In this document: positions 9,492 to 19,857 of the stretch, piece after piece
How positions within the stretch are numbered: the first letter of the stretch is position 1
Layout: each line of letters begins with the position of its first letter
Sequence record: SRR31147125_2000
Length of the DNA: 33,852 bases
Strand: one strand, 5' to 3'
Program-made: the position numbers and the translations under genes
The notes under the pieces: generated by a model
Seen by the model: the letters and a program-made list of their open reading frames with translations, nothing else
Told to the model about the DNA's origin: nothing
Database searches by the model: none

Positions 9492-11170
9492 ATAATTCTT
9501 TTAAACATTCTTTCTATTTCATAATGTGTAAGTTTTACGAGTGTTGGTCTTCCATGTGGACAGGTATATGGATTATCACATGCTTTTAAGTCTTCAAGCA
9601 ACTTAAAAACTTCAGCCCTAGATATATGTTGATTGGCTTTAATCGCACCTTTACAACTCACATCTTTCGCAAGATTATCTCTTAATGTTTTAATACTAAT
9701 TGATTGATTTGTTTCTAGCATATCTAGTAAAGTTTCAATTGCAATATCAATCTCATCTTCACGTAACCACGTCGGTGTTGCGATGAGTGCTTGGTCTTCA
9801 AATAAAAATCCATATGATTTTAACATCGTTTCATAGGTTAAGAGTTTATCTGTTTCATCATCTGATAAAGACAATTCATATGGAATCAATCTTTGTTTTG
9901 TCGCAAACACTGGATCACCTAATGCATCATAATAATGTTCATATCTTATACGCTCAGCTGCTGCATGTTGATCCATTAAATATAAACCTTCTCTGTTTTG
10001 AAATAATATATATGTTCCTGAGAATATACCGACATATTCCAAATAAGGTAATCTATTTTTCACTTCTTCTTCAGCATTTGGTTCAAATACTAAGTTTTTT
10101 TCTTCTAATAAAAGTGATACACGTTCAAATGATACATCTTTTGGCTTTTTAATGACCTGAGAAAAGTTTTCTTGAATGGGTTGTGTTTGTTTTTGCAATG
10201 CATTTTTTATCATTTGTTCAATTTCAAATGCTAAAAATGATTCATTAACAAATTTAACTTCATATTTTTGAGGATGGACATTAACATCAAGTAAACTTGG
10301 ATCCATCGTAATATCAATCATTGCAATCGGATATTTAGAGACCATTAAATATGAGTGATATCCATCAATAACCGCTTTACTTAATCGATAATTTTTAATA
10401 TATCTTTTATTGACAAAAATTGATATATCTTTTTTTCTAGATCTTACGATATTTGGACTTACTAAATATGCATGAATGCTAATATTTGAAACACGATGAG
10501 TAGCAACTGCTAATCCTTGTGTCATTTGTTTGCCATATATTTGATCAATGAGTTGATAATAATCACCACGACCATATGTTTCTTTATGAAGTTTTTGATC
10601 AAATGACAATCTCAATGATACATCCGGATTCGCAAGCGCTAAACGATCAAACACATCAATAATTGCATACTTTTCGGTATATTCAGATTTGATATATTTA
10701 AATCTTGCAGGTGTATTAAAAAATAATGATGACACTTCGATTGATGTCCCTATATTAAGTGCTGCATCAAATGAATCAATGAAATGACCACCTTCATAAA
10801 CAACTTCAACACCCTTATGACTTTCTTTTTTTGTTTTTAGTCTCACTTTAGATACAGATGCAATAGCTGCAAGTGCTTCACCTCTAAACCCTAGAGTTGA
10901 AATATGTGATAAATCCATTTCAGTTTTGATCTTACTTGTTGCATGTCTTTCAAACGCTAATTTTGCATCGACTTTATCCATACCTTCACCATTATCAGTG
11001 ACGATCATTTTGTCCATACCAAAACCAAAAATCTCAATATCGATTTTTGTTGCATGTGCATCAAGTGCGTTTTCGACAAGTTCTTTAATGACTGAACTCG
11101 GTCTTTCAACAACTTCACCCGCTGCTATCATATTTGAAAGTCTATGATCCATTTTTATAATACTAGACAT
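9488..11170 (-). CDS. mutL: DNA mismatch repair endonuclease MutL
   Basis: IAAGEVVERP, GFRGEAL, DVNVHP, DQHAAAERIRYE endonuclease motif, CPHGRP. Confidence 0.97.
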   Translation of the reverse strand: MSSIIKMDHRLSNMIAAGEVVERPSSVIKELVENALDAHATKIDIEIFGFGMDKMIVTDNGEGMDKVDAKLAFERHATSKIKTEMDLSHISTLGFRGEALAAIASVSKVRLKTKKESHKGVEVVYEGGHFIDSFDAALNIGTSIEVSSLFFNTPARFKYIKSEYTEKYAIIDVFDRLALANPDVSLRLSFDQKLHKETYGRGDYYQLIDQIYGKQMTQGLAVATHRVSNISIHAYLVSPNIVRSRKKDISIFVNKRYIKNYRLSKAVIDGYHSYLMVSKYPIAMIDITMDPSLLDVNVHPQKYEVKFVNESFLAFEIEQMIKNALQKQTQPIQENFSQVIKKPKDVSFERVSLLLEEKNLVFEPNAEEEVKNRLPYLEYVGIFSGTYILFQNREGLYLMDQHAAAERIRYEHYYDALGDPVFATKQRLIPYELSLSDDETDKLLTYETMLKSYGFLFEDQALIATPTWLREDEIDIAIETLLDMLETNQSISIKTLRDNLAKDVSCKGAIKANQHISRAEVFKLLEDLKACDNPYTCPHGRPTLVKLTHYEIERMFKRII

Positions 11171-11178
11171 TTAATCTC

Positions 11179-13698
11179 CTACTTTTTTAATAAATTCTTT
11201 TGTAAATGCTTTAATAATAACAACGCATCAAGCGGTGTGATTTGATCAGTATCAAGTGTTTCAATTTCAGCTAAAACTTCCATTTCAATGTGTGATACAT
11301 TTTGATCAAGGTTATCTTCGTAATCATCATAATTAAATAAATCTAATGATACTTTAGACTCTTTTTGTTCTAAAGCTTTTAAGATTTCTTGACTTCTTTT
11401 AATTAATACTTTCGGTAAATGTGCTAAACTGGCAACTTGTATCCCATAGGATTTATCAGTTGTTCCTTTTTCAACATGATGAAGAAAAACCATACGGTCT
11501 TTTTCTTCTTTAGCTTTTACACATAAATTCGTCAATCTAGGTAGCGTATTTTCAAGTACTGTCAGTTCATGATAATGGGTTGAAAATAATGTTTGCGCAC
11601 CTATTTTTTCATGAATATATTCAATCATACCTTGCGCAAGTGCCATACCATCATAAGTGGCAGTACCACGTCCAATTTCATCAAATAATATCAGTGATTG
11701 ACTGGTTGCTCTAGATAATGCATCATTTGATTCAACCATTTCAACCATAAAAGTAGATTGACCACCACTTAAATCATCCGATGAACCTATTCTTGTAAAT
11801 AGCGCATCATATAGCGGTATACTTGCATGCTGTGCCGGTACAAATGATCCACTTTGAGCCATATATACCATTAATGCAAACATACGCATATATGTAGATT
11901 TCCCACTCATATTAGGCCCAGTAATCAAAAAGATTTCACCAGGATCCATCACAATATCATTTTCTATAAATGTTGTGAATTGCTCAACAACTAAATGACG
12001 TCCTTTTTTAATATCAACGTTATAATCATCATTAATCGTTGGTCGTACCAAATGATATTTTTCTGCGATAATTGATAAATTTAAAAATACATCAATTTTA
12101 GCAATCATTGTTGATAGCATTTGTAATGACTGTGCGAAAGTTTCAACATAATCTCTAATTTCTACAAACAATTGATATTCCAGTGCAATAGCTTTATCTT
12201 TAGCATGGAGAATCATATCTTCTTTTTCTTTTAGAATAGGTGAAATATATCTTTCGCTATTTGTTAAAGTTTGTTTTCTTTCATAACCAAATGAAGGGTC
12301 AACAAATTGTGTTTGTCCCTTTGATATTTCAATATAATAACCAAAAACTCGATTGTAACCAACTTTAAGATTTTTTATACCTGTACGTTCACGCTCATCA
12401 ATCTCAAATTGCGTTAACCATGCTTGTCCATTTTCATGAATATCTCTTAATGCATCTAGTGCATCATTAAAGTTAGCTTTGAGCATGCCACCATCTTTAA
12501 CCGTTAAAGGTGGTTGATCAACAATCGACTGATCAAGATATGTAAAAAGTTCATCATGACTATCCATATCATGAATAAGTTGATCAATGATTGATGATCC
12601 GTATGCACTTAAATCATTTTTTAAAATAGGCACATATCTCAAGGTTTCTTTAAGTTGATATAAATCACGTGCATTCACTGTTTTAAATGCAATACGTCCA
12701 ACGATACGATTAATATCATAGATATATTTAAGACTTTCTAAAACAGCTTGTCGTGGTTGATATGAAGAAAACGCATCAATAAAATCATATCGTTCTAATA
12801 AAGCTTGTTTATCATTTAATGGTTGATTAAACATATGCTTTAAATATCTTGAGCCCATGGCTGTTTGACAATGATTAATCCAATGAAGCAATGTCGTTTG
12901 ACTTTGATTCGTCATTGACTCTTCGATTTCTAGATGTTTTTTAACACGATAATCAACATGCATATGTCCTACTTTTTTAATCACTTCAAAAGGCATTAAA
13001 TGTTTGAGATGCTGTTGTTGTGTTTCGTTTAAATAATTGAGTAAATGTGATGCTGCACGTTTTTGATCTAAATCAAGATTTTGTATATATTTTTTTTCAT
13101 ATAAATCAAAACGATTTGAATAAGAAATCAAAATGTCGTGTTCTTGAAGTGTTTTGATGACTTGTTGATCAAAATGTTTAGGACACACAATCTCTTTAAT
13201 GTGAAGACTATAAATCAGATCAAGCATCTCATGCTTTGTTAAATCATCAATTAAAAAAGATTCACCAGTTGATATATCAACATATGTTAATGCATATCCT
13301 CTTTCAGTCAATACAATATTACCAATAAAATTATGACTATTTGCATCAAGAATACCATCTTCAAAAACAGTACCAGGTGTAATTAAACGAACTACTTTAC
13401 GCTCAACTAAGCCTTTACCTGCTTCACTAACTTGTTCAACAAGTGCAATTTTAAATCCTTTACTAATTAACTTTTGTATATAAGGTTTTACAGAGTGAAA
13501 AGGTACACCACACATGGGTACTTTTTCTCCGGCATCTCTTGCTGTTAATGCAATTTCTAGCACTTTAGATGCTAAAATCGCATCATCGAAAAACATTTCA
13601 TAGAAATCGCCTAACCTAAAAAAGACTATCGCATCCGCGTAGTCTTCTTTAATTTTAATATATTGTTGCATCATTGGGGTATACTTTTGTTTCTTCAT
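11179..13698 (-). CDS. mutS: DNA mismatch repair protein MutS
   Basis: TPMMQQY, GDFYEMF, TGPNMSGKSTY, DEIGRGT, STHYHEL. Confidence 0.97.
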   Translation of the reverse strand: MKKQKYTPMMQQYIKIKEDYADAIVFFRLGDFYEMFFDDAILASKVLEIALTARDAGEKVPMCGVPFHSVKPYIQKLISKGFKIALVEQVSEAGKGLVERKVVRLITPGTVFEDGILDANSHNFIGNIVLTERGYALTYVDISTGESFLIDDLTKHEMLDLIYSLHIKEIVCPKHFDQQVIKTLQEHDILISYSNRFDLYEKKYIQNLDLDQKRAASHLLNYLNETQQQHLKHLMPFEVIKKVGHMHVDYRVKKHLEIEESMTNQSQTTLLHWINHCQTAMGSRYLKHMFNQPLNDKQALLERYDFIDAFSSYQPRQAVLESLKYIYDINRIVGRIAFKTVNARDLYQLKETLRYVPILKNDLSAYGSSIIDQLIHDMDSHDELFTYLDQSIVDQPPLTVKDGGMLKANFNDALDALRDIHENGQAWLTQFEIDERERTGIKNLKVGYNRVFGYYIEISKGQTQFVDPSFGYERKQTLTNSERYISPILKEKEDMILHAKDKAIALEYQLFVEIRDYVETFAQSLQMLSTMIAKIDVFLNLSIIAEKYHLVRPTINDDYNVDIKKGRHLVVEQFTTFIENDIVMDPGEIFLITGPNMSGKSTYMRMFALMVYMAQSGSFVPAQHASIPLYDALFTRIGSSDDLSGGQSTFMVEMVESNDALSRATSQSLILFDEIGRGTATYDGMALAQGMIEYIHEKIGAQTLFSTHYHELTVLENTLPRLTNLCVKAKEEKDRMVFLHHVEKGTTDKSYGIQVASLAHLPKVLIKRSQEILKALEQKESKVSLDLFNYDDYEDNLDQNVSHIEMEVLAEIETLDTDQITPLDALLLLKHLQKNLLKK

Positions 13699-13729
13699 GA
13701 TGTCCCCCTTTTTCTTATCTTTTTATATG

Positions 13730-15364
13730 TTAAGAGGTAGCTTGTTCAAGTCCTAGTGTATTAAAGAAATTAAATAAATGATCAATAATACCTATACCAT
13801 TTATTTTAACACCATTTAACGTACTTGTAAAACTATCTAAGAATGAAAATTCTAAGAAATAATCAAGCAATGCATAAATGACAAGTAAGACGATACCAAT
13901 TACAGCAAGTATAGCTGCCCATTTAAAGGCAAATAAAACAATTTTAAGCAGGACGTTCCCAATAAATTTAAAGAATCTACCGATTGCTCTTAATTCAACA
14001 GGCACATCTTGTTCTTCTTTATCATCTTTTTCAGCTTCTATCTCTACCTTTTTCTGTTCAACATATGCTTGACGTTCTTCAGCTTCATCATTTTTAATGA
14101 CTTTTTTATATGTTTTTTTAGTTCCGTAATATTCTACAGTATTGATTTCTTCAACCTTTGACCCTCTAACAGGTTTAGGTTCTACTTCATAGAGTGGGAG
14201 AGGATGTTCATCTTCTTCGCTAACATCTTGTGTCTTTAATTCAAAGTTCTCAACAGTTTCTCTTAATTTTCTAACTTCATCAACCAATGCATCAAGATTA
14301 ATTGAAGGTTGCACATATTCTATAACACGTTCAACAACTTTTTCTTCTTCAACAACTGGTTCTTCTTCAACCACAGTTTCAATTTCTTCAACTTCTTCTT
14401 CAATCTCAGGTTCTTCTTCAACCACTTGAACTTCTTCTTCAGGTTCAACCTCTTCAACAATTGCTTCTTCGGCTGGCTCTTCTGTAGTATCAGTAGAAGT
14501 AGATAATTCTTGTTCGTATACATCTCTAGATTTAGGAACAAAGTATGTTTCTTTTGTTTCTTTAGAATTTTTTAAAATATATTCAATAACTTCTTCTTTT
14601 TTAAGTTCAGTTGAAGCTTTAATATCATGATCAATCGCAAATCTTTGCATAATAATCACTGACATCGAACGAACTTGTTTTTCTAAGTCATCTGTATGCA
14701 TACCTTTATCTTTTAACTCTTCTACAATGATATCTGCAAGTTGATTTTTCTTTAAACGACGAGGGATATTAACTTCATATTTTTTCCCTAAATCACGTAT
14801 TTCAGTTATGGTAGAACTCTTATATAAAACATTTCTAATTTTATTTGGTGATACACCATCAATACGACCAAAACTATCAAAGAATAAATCTTCTAACGTA
14901 CGGTTATATTTAGCAATATCCGGAAGTACTAGATCATTTTCTTTCACAAATTCTAAACTTGCTTGATATAATTTGTCTAACTCAAACTCTGGTACTTTTT
15001 TATCAACCATATAACCAAATAAATCAGTCCAAAAATCTTCTAAATAATTTTTAACGATTTTTTGATCATTAAAAAAGACTAATAGATTTTCTAACTGTGT
15101 TTCCGTAAATTCAGTAAACCAAGACAAACGATAATTTAACTCATCTGCAAGTGTTAATCTCGTTTTTCTAGTTTCTGCAACTTTTTCTCTTAAATTTTCT
15201 CTTAAAACATAAATGCGCAATTCTCTAGGTATATTCAATCCAATGTCTTTAAAAAATTCAAGAACTTGTTCTGCAGGTAAATATATAATCGTTTTTAAGA
15301 TCTCTTCAATTTTTAAAGTTTGATTGCCTACCAAAACTTCTGTATCTCTTGAAAACTTTGACAT
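13730..15364 (-). CDS. Uncharacterised membrane-anchored protein with HeH/Rho-N-like motifs and an acidic linker
   Basis: 544-aa ORF, AGGAGG RBS at 15371-15376, hydrophobic C-terminal helix at about 13865-13942, Glu-rich middle region. Confidence 0.85.
   Translation of the reverse strand: MSKFSRDTEVLVGNQTLKIEEILKTIIYLPAEQVLEFFKDIGLNIPRELRIYVLRENLREKVAETRKTRLTLADELNYRLSWFTEFTETQLENLLVFFNDQKIVKNYLEDFWTDLFGYMVDKKVPEFELDKLYQASLEFVKENDLVLPDIAKYNRTLEDLFFDSFGRIDGVSPNKIRNVLYKSSTITEIRDLGKKYEVNIPRRLKKNQLADIIVEELKDKGMHTDDLEKQVRSMSVIIMQRFAIDHDIKASTELKKEEVIEYILKNSKETKETYFVPKSRDVYEQELSTSTDTTEEPAEEAIVEEVEPEEEVQVVEEEPEIEEEVEEIETVVEEEPVVEEEKVVERVIEYVQPSINLDALVDEVRKLRETVENFELKTQDVSEEDEHPLPLYEVEPKPVRGSKVEEINTVEYYGTKKTYKKVIKNDEAEERQAYVEQKKVEIEAEKDDKEEQDVPVELRAIGRFFKFIGNVLLKIVLFAFKWAAILAVIGIVLLVIYALLDYFLEFSFLDSFTSTLNGVKINGIGIIDHLFNFFNTLGLEQATS
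14341..14490 (-). repeat. Glu/Val/Pro-rich low-complexity tract with a 17-bp direct repeat
   Basis: GGTTCTTCTTCAACCAC at 14358-14374 and 14409-14425 (each encodes VVEEEP on the minus strand), plus many TTCTTC units. Confidence 0.8.
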
Positions 15365-15430
15365 AAAATCCCTCCTATGAATCTTTAACCCCATTTTACT
15401 ATGATTTTATATTTTTTACAAATATAATGT

Positions 15431-15439
15431 ATTATAGCA
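15431..15439 (-). promoter_or_regulatory. Extended -10 promoter upstream of the 544-aa gene
   Basis: Minus strand TGCTATAAT in the ricA/544-aa gene intergenic region. Confidence 0.55.
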
Positions 15440-15453
15440 CTTAATGGCTTTGT

Positions 15454-15789
15454 TTACTCATTTTCTATTGATTGGTTTATTTTTTCTTCAATGATACCCA
15501 CAACATCTTTAATCATGTGATTAATCTCGTCTTGTAAGTCTAGATATTCTGACATTAAAGGATATGTTTCAATTTCTTCTAAAAGTTGATCATAAGCTAA
15601 TTGAAATTTTTTAATCGCGTTTGTTTTTTGAATTTCTTTTGCGTTAATCAATTGCTTTTGAATGGTCTTTAATTGATTAATTAAACGCTTTAGTGTTTTA
15701 TCTTTATTAATGATTTTTTCAATAGATTGATATCTTTTGATGGTTTCATTGTCTTCAACTAATGCGATGAGTTTTTCTTTTTGATTCAT
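15454..15789 (-). CDS. YlbF/YmcA (RicA-like) family regulator
   Basis: Helical 111-aa protein with IKRYQSIEKII..QKQLIN..YPLMSEYLDLQDEIN. Overlaps the miaB stop, as ymcA follows ymcB/miaB in Bacillus. Confidence 0.8.
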   Translation of the reverse strand: MNQKEKLIALVEDNETIKRYQSIEKIINKDKTLKRLINQLKTIQKQLINAKEIQKTNAIKKFQLAYDQLLEEIETYPLMSEYLDLQDEINHMIKDVVGIIEEKINQSIENE

Positions 15790-17225
15790 ATTTTTTCACC
15801 CAGTAAAAACCATGTTTTAGCTTTAACAATTTTAACATCAACAATCTTCCCAATAAGTGATTGATCACCTTTGAAATTAACAAGTTTTTGATGTTCTGAA
15901 TAACCTGCTAAAACCGTATCATCATTTTTTGAAACACCATCGACTAATACTTTTACAATTTGTCCTTCAAATCTCTGATTACCTTTTAAATAACCATCAT
16001 TAATCCTATCATTTAAACGATAGAGTCGTTGTTTCTTATCTTCTTCTGGTGTTAAATCTTCATATTTTGCTGCAGGTGTGCCTTCACGTTTGGAAAATAC
16101 AAATGTAAATGCCCCTTCAAACTGAGATTTTTCAACTAAATCGAGTGTTTCTTCAAAGTCCTCTTCTGTTTCACCGGGAAAACCAACAATAATATCTGTT
16201 GTTACTGAAATACCTGGCACTGTTTCTTTAAGTTCATTTAAGACTTTTAAATATGATTCTTTTGTATAGTGTCTATTCATTTTCTTTAATACTGGATTGC
16301 TTCCTGACTGTACAGGAAGATGGAAAAATGGCATGACCGCATCACAATCTCTCATGGCTTCCATTGTTTTTCTATCTAAGTCATGTGGATGTGATGTTGT
16401 AAAACGAATACGTTTTATCCCTGTATCATTTAAATCTCTTAATAAGTCACCAAATGTGTAATCTTCATCCTTAAAGTCTTTACCATAAGCATTGACATTT
16501 TGTCCAAGTAGTGTCACTTCAACATAACCTTGATCAACAAGGGATTTCACTTCTTCGATAACTTCTTCCTTAGAACGAGATCGCTCTTTACCTCTTGTAT
16601 AAGGCACGATACAGTATGTACAAAATTCATCACAGCCAAACATAATGTTTACCCATGCTTTAAATTTGTGATTTCTTGTTTTAGGAAGGTTTTCAACAAT
16701 CTCCCCTTCTTTTGAATACACTTCAACGACACGTTCTTTTGAAAACATTGCTGTTTCTACATATTGTGGTAGTTTGTGTATATTATGTGTACCAAAAATA
16801 ATATCAACATGTTGATATTTTTTTAATACGCGTTCAACGACATTTTCTTCTTGAGCCATACATCCGGCTAATCCTAAAATAAGATCAGGATTTTGTCTTT
16901 TATATGCTTTTAGTCGTCCGAGTTCACCCCAAATACGATTTTCAGCATTTTCACGAATAGCACATGTATTTAAAATAATAACGTCACTTTCTGATTCAAC
17001 ATCAGTTTTAGTAAACCCCATAAGTTCTAAAATACCTGCCATTGTTTCGCTATCAGCTTCGTTACCTTGACATCCGTATGTATGAATTTGATATGTTTTA
17101 TGCTGACCAATTTTTTGATAATCAGCACTCAGTTGAAATTTTACTTCTTCAATTGTTTGTTTTGTTCTTTTTCTTGCTTTTTTCAAATCTGGTTTGAAAT
17201 ATTTTTCTATATCTACTTGACCCAT
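15786..17225 (-). CDS. miaB: tRNA-2-methylthio-N6-dimethylallyladenosine synthase
   Basis: TYGCQGN, NTCAIRE, GCMAQ, radical SAM CDEFCTYC, C-terminal TRAM domain. Confidence 0.96.
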   Translation of the reverse strand: MGQVDIEKYFKPDLKKARKRTKQTIEEVKFQLSADYQKIGQHKTYQIHTYGCQGNEADSETMAGILELMGFTKTDVESESDVIILNTCAIRENAENRIWGELGRLKAYKRQNPDLILGLAGCMAQEENVVERVLKKYQHVDIIFGTHNIHKLPQYVETAMFSKERVVEVYSKEGEIVENLPKTRNHKFKAWVNIMFGCDEFCTYCIVPYTRGKERSRSKEEVIEEVKSLVDQGYVEVTLLGQNVNAYGKDFKDEDYTFGDLLRDLNDTGIKRIRFTTSHPHDLDRKTMEAMRDCDAVMPFFHLPVQSGSNPVLKKMNRHYTKESYLKVLNELKETVPGISVTTDIIVGFPGETEEDFEETLDLVEKSQFEGAFTFVFSKREGTPAAKYEDLTPEEDKKQRLYRLNDRINDGYLKGNQRFEGQIVKVLVDGVSKNDDTVLAGYSEHQKLVNFKGDQSLIGKIVDVKIVKAKTWFLLGEKI

Positions 17226-17266
17226 TATTATCACCTAGTTTTATTATATAAAAATATAAGTTTTGT

Positions 17267-18028
17267 TTAAATCTTTTCGCTCTCAAGATGTATATGTTCA
17301 ATAGATTTACGGTCTAAATCCATCAACACCGCATTTAATTGCACAGCACCTTGTGCGACTTTATTTGGTACAGAATGCCCATTAATAAATCTTCTTAAAA
17401 CAATATCCTTATCAACACCTATAATCCCATTTAGCGGACCAGTCATGCCAACATCAGTAATGTAGAGCGTTTGATGTGGCAACACTCTTGCGTCAGCTGT
17501 AGGTACATGCGTATGTGTGCCTAAAACCGCAGTTGCCAAGCCATCTAAATAATGACCTAATGCGACTTTCTCAGATGTTGCTTCTGCATGAAAATCTATG
17601 ATTGAATAGTCAACTTGTTCTCTTTGGATGAGTGCTTTTAATGATGTAAAGGGATTTTCGATATTAGGATTCATATATATACGTCCTAATGCATTCGCCA
17701 CTAAAATTTTTTTATCATTATATTTGATAATTTTAAAACCTTGACCTGGTGCATCTAAATAATTATAGGGTCTTATGATGTTTGCATCATCAATAAAATC
17801 ATATAATTCACGATTTCCCCACACCCAATTACCCATTGTAATCACATGGACACCTTGCATCATGAGTTCTTTATAAATCTTTTTATTGATTCCTCTACCA
17901 TTCGCTGCATTTTCACCATTAACAATAATAAGTTTCGGTTTATAATCAGCTTTAATTTTTGGTAAAAAATATGAAAAAGCTTTTAAGCCTTGATCACCAT
18001 AAATATCACCGACAAATAATACTTTCAT
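17267..18028 (-). CDS. ymdB: YmdB family metallophosphoesterase
   Basis: GDIYG, NGENAA, DFHAEATSEK, GTHTHVPTAD, TDVGMTG. Follows rny. Start MKVLF at 18028. Confidence 0.94.
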   Translation of the reverse strand: MKVLFVGDIYGDQGLKAFSYFLPKIKADYKPKLIIVNGENAANGRGINKKIYKELMMQGVHVITMGNWVWGNRELYDFIDDANIIRPYNYLDAPGQGFKIIKYNDKKILVANALGRIYMNPNIENPFTSLKALIQREQVDYSIIDFHAEATSEKVALGHYLDGLATAVLGTHTHVPTADARVLPHQTLYITDVGMTGPLNGIIGVDKDIVLRRFINGHSVPNKVAQGAVQLNAVLMDLDRKSIEHIHLESEKI

Positions 18029-18055
18029 AGATTTCCTACTTTCTAAATAAACGAT

Positions 18056-18077
18056 AAAAGAGGCCATCAGGCCTCTT
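18056..18077 (-). terminator. Internal terminator between rny and ymdB
   Basis: AAGAGGCC-atca-GGCCTCTT perfect stem followed by a T run on the minus strand. Confidence 0.75.
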
Positions 18078-18079
18078 AA

Positions 18080-19663
18080 TTATTTCGCAATATCTGTTGC
18101 TCTTGTTTCTCTGATGACTGTCACTTTAATTGTACCTGGATAAGACATATTTGCTTCAATCTGTTCTTTAATCTCTCTTGCAACTTTGAATGCAGATAAA
18201 TCATCGATTTGATCAGGTTTAACAATAACCCTAATTTCACGTCCAGCTTGAATAGCATATGATTTTTCTACACCTTGAATATCATTAGAAATTGTTTCTA
18301 ATTGTTCTAAGCGTTTAATGTAATTTTCCATAGATTCACTACGTGCACCTGGTCTTGCAGCACTTAATGCATCGGCAGCAGCAACTAAAATCGCAATAAT
18401 TGATTCTGGTTCCTTATCACCATGATGTGATGCAATTGCATCTAAAACTTCTTTAGGTTCACGATAACGATTAACTAAATTGACACCAATTTCAACATGT
18501 CCACCTTCAATTTCATGATCTACAGCCTTACCGATATCATGAAGTAATCCAGCACGTCTTGCTAAAATTTCATCTTCGCCAATCTCAACTGCTAATTTAC
18601 CAGCTAAGAATGCTGTTTCTATTGAATGTTTTAATACATTTTGACCATAACTTGTTCTAAAACTTAATCGTCCTAACAATTTTACAAGGTCAGGATGAAT
18701 TCTACCTATACCCACTTGGAATATAGCATCTTCACCGGCTTCTCTAATAAACATGTCAACTTCAACTCTTGCTTTTTCAACAACTTCTTCGATACGACCC
18801 GGATGAATTCTACCATCGGATACCAATGTAGTTAAAGCACGTTTAGCGACTTCTCTTCTTACAGGATCAAATCCACTTAACACGACAGCTTCTGGTGTAT
18901 CATCAATAATTAAATCAACACCTGTTAACGCCTCAATCGTGCGGATATTACGCCCTTCTCTACCAATAATGCGACCTTTCATCTCATCATTAGGAAGATT
19001 AACGACTGATACTGTACGTTCAGTAGTTGTTTCACTTGCATATTTTTGAATTGCAAGTGCTAATAATTCTTTAGACTTAGATTGTACTTGATGTTTAGCT
19101 TGTTCTTCTTCATCTCTGATATAAATGGCAATTTCATCAGCCATTTGATCTTTGATACGAGACATAATAATATCTTGTGCAGCTTCCTTGTCTAGTCCTG
19201 AAATTTCTTCAAGTTTTCTTTCTTGTTCATTTAAAACTTCTTCCACTTTGCTATTTAATTGTTCAAGTTGTTCTTTACGTTGATCCAATCTTTCTTCACG
19301 TGAAGATAAAGATTGCTCTCGGCGATCTAAATGAATAGCGCGATTATTTAAATTATCTTCTCTTTGCGTCACTTTGTTCTCTAAATTCAGAACAACTTGG
19401 CGTCTTTCACGCATGTCACTTTCAAAATCTTTTTTAAGCGTAAAAATTTCTTGTTTAGCTTCTAAAATGTTTTCTCTTTTTAGTTTTTCAGCTTCTTTTT
19501 TACCGTCTTCAACAATTTTTTCGGCCGCAGCTTTTGCTTGTTTTATACTTTTATCGTGTTGAACAACACGTACAGCATATCCAACAACAAGACCTATAAC
19601 AACGGCTAGCAAAATGGAGATGACTGCTTCTACAGTACTTAATGTGAATGCAATATCTGGCAT
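18080..19663 (-). CDS. rny: Ribonuclease Y
   Basis: N-terminal TM helix, coiled coil, KH motif [15 protein letters not shown] motif [17 protein letters not shown]. Confidence 0.97.
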   Translation of the reverse strand: MPDIAFTLSTVEAVISILLAVVIGLVVGYAVRVVQHDKSIKQAKAAAEKIVEDGKKEAEKLKRENILEAKQEIFTLKKDFESDMRERRQVVLNLENKVTQREDNLNNRAIHLDRREQSLSSREERLDQRKEQLEQLNSKVEEVLNEQERKLEEISGLDKEAAQDIIMSRIKDQMADEIAIYIRDEEEQAKHQVQSKSKELLALAIQKYASETTTERTVSVVNLPNDEMKGRIIGREGRNIRTIEALTGVDLIIDDTPEAVVLSGFDPVRREVAKRALTTLVSDGRIHPGRIEEVVEKARVEVDMFIREAGEDAIFQVGIGRIHPDLVKLLGRLSFRTSYGQNVLKHSIETAFLAGKLAVEIGEDEILARRAGLLHDIGKAVDHEIEGGHVEIGVNLVNRYREPKEVLDAIASHHGDKEPESIIAILVAAADALSAARPGARSESMENYIKRLEQLETISNDIQGVEKSYAIQAGREIRVIVKPDQIDDLSAFKVAREIKEQIEANMSYPGTIKVTVIRETRATDIAK

Positions 19664-19736
19664 TCTAACACCTCCATTTATTTTTTATATAATTAAGTTA
19701 AATAATTTATTTTATAAGTTATGATTAACTATATTC

Positions 19737-19766
19737 ATTATACCGTAAAATAAGCCACTAAGTCAA
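19737..19766 (-). promoter_or_regulatory. Sigma-A promoter for rny
   Basis: Minus strand TTGACT-18 nt-TATAAT. Confidence 0.7.
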
Positions 19767-19857
19767 CGTAAATTCATTACAGTTTTTCATTGATTTCTTT
19801 TAAATTTGATATTTTCTAGTATAATAGATAATGAGAACGAAATTCAAGGAGATTTAT

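Noticed and set aside
14358..14425. Direct repeat as a possible CRISPR-like array
   Set aside because: Only two 17-bp copies, in frame inside a CDS, with no cas genes in the window.
14309..14541. Phe/Asn-rich and Lys/Leu-rich ORFs
   Set aside because: They are alternative-frame readings of the GAA-rich acidic linker of the 544-aa gene.
19664..19736. rny leader with a short inverted repeat (AGTTA-tgat-TAACT) as a structured RNA element
   Set aside because: The stem is only 5 bp and AT-rich, with no recognisable riboswitch motif.
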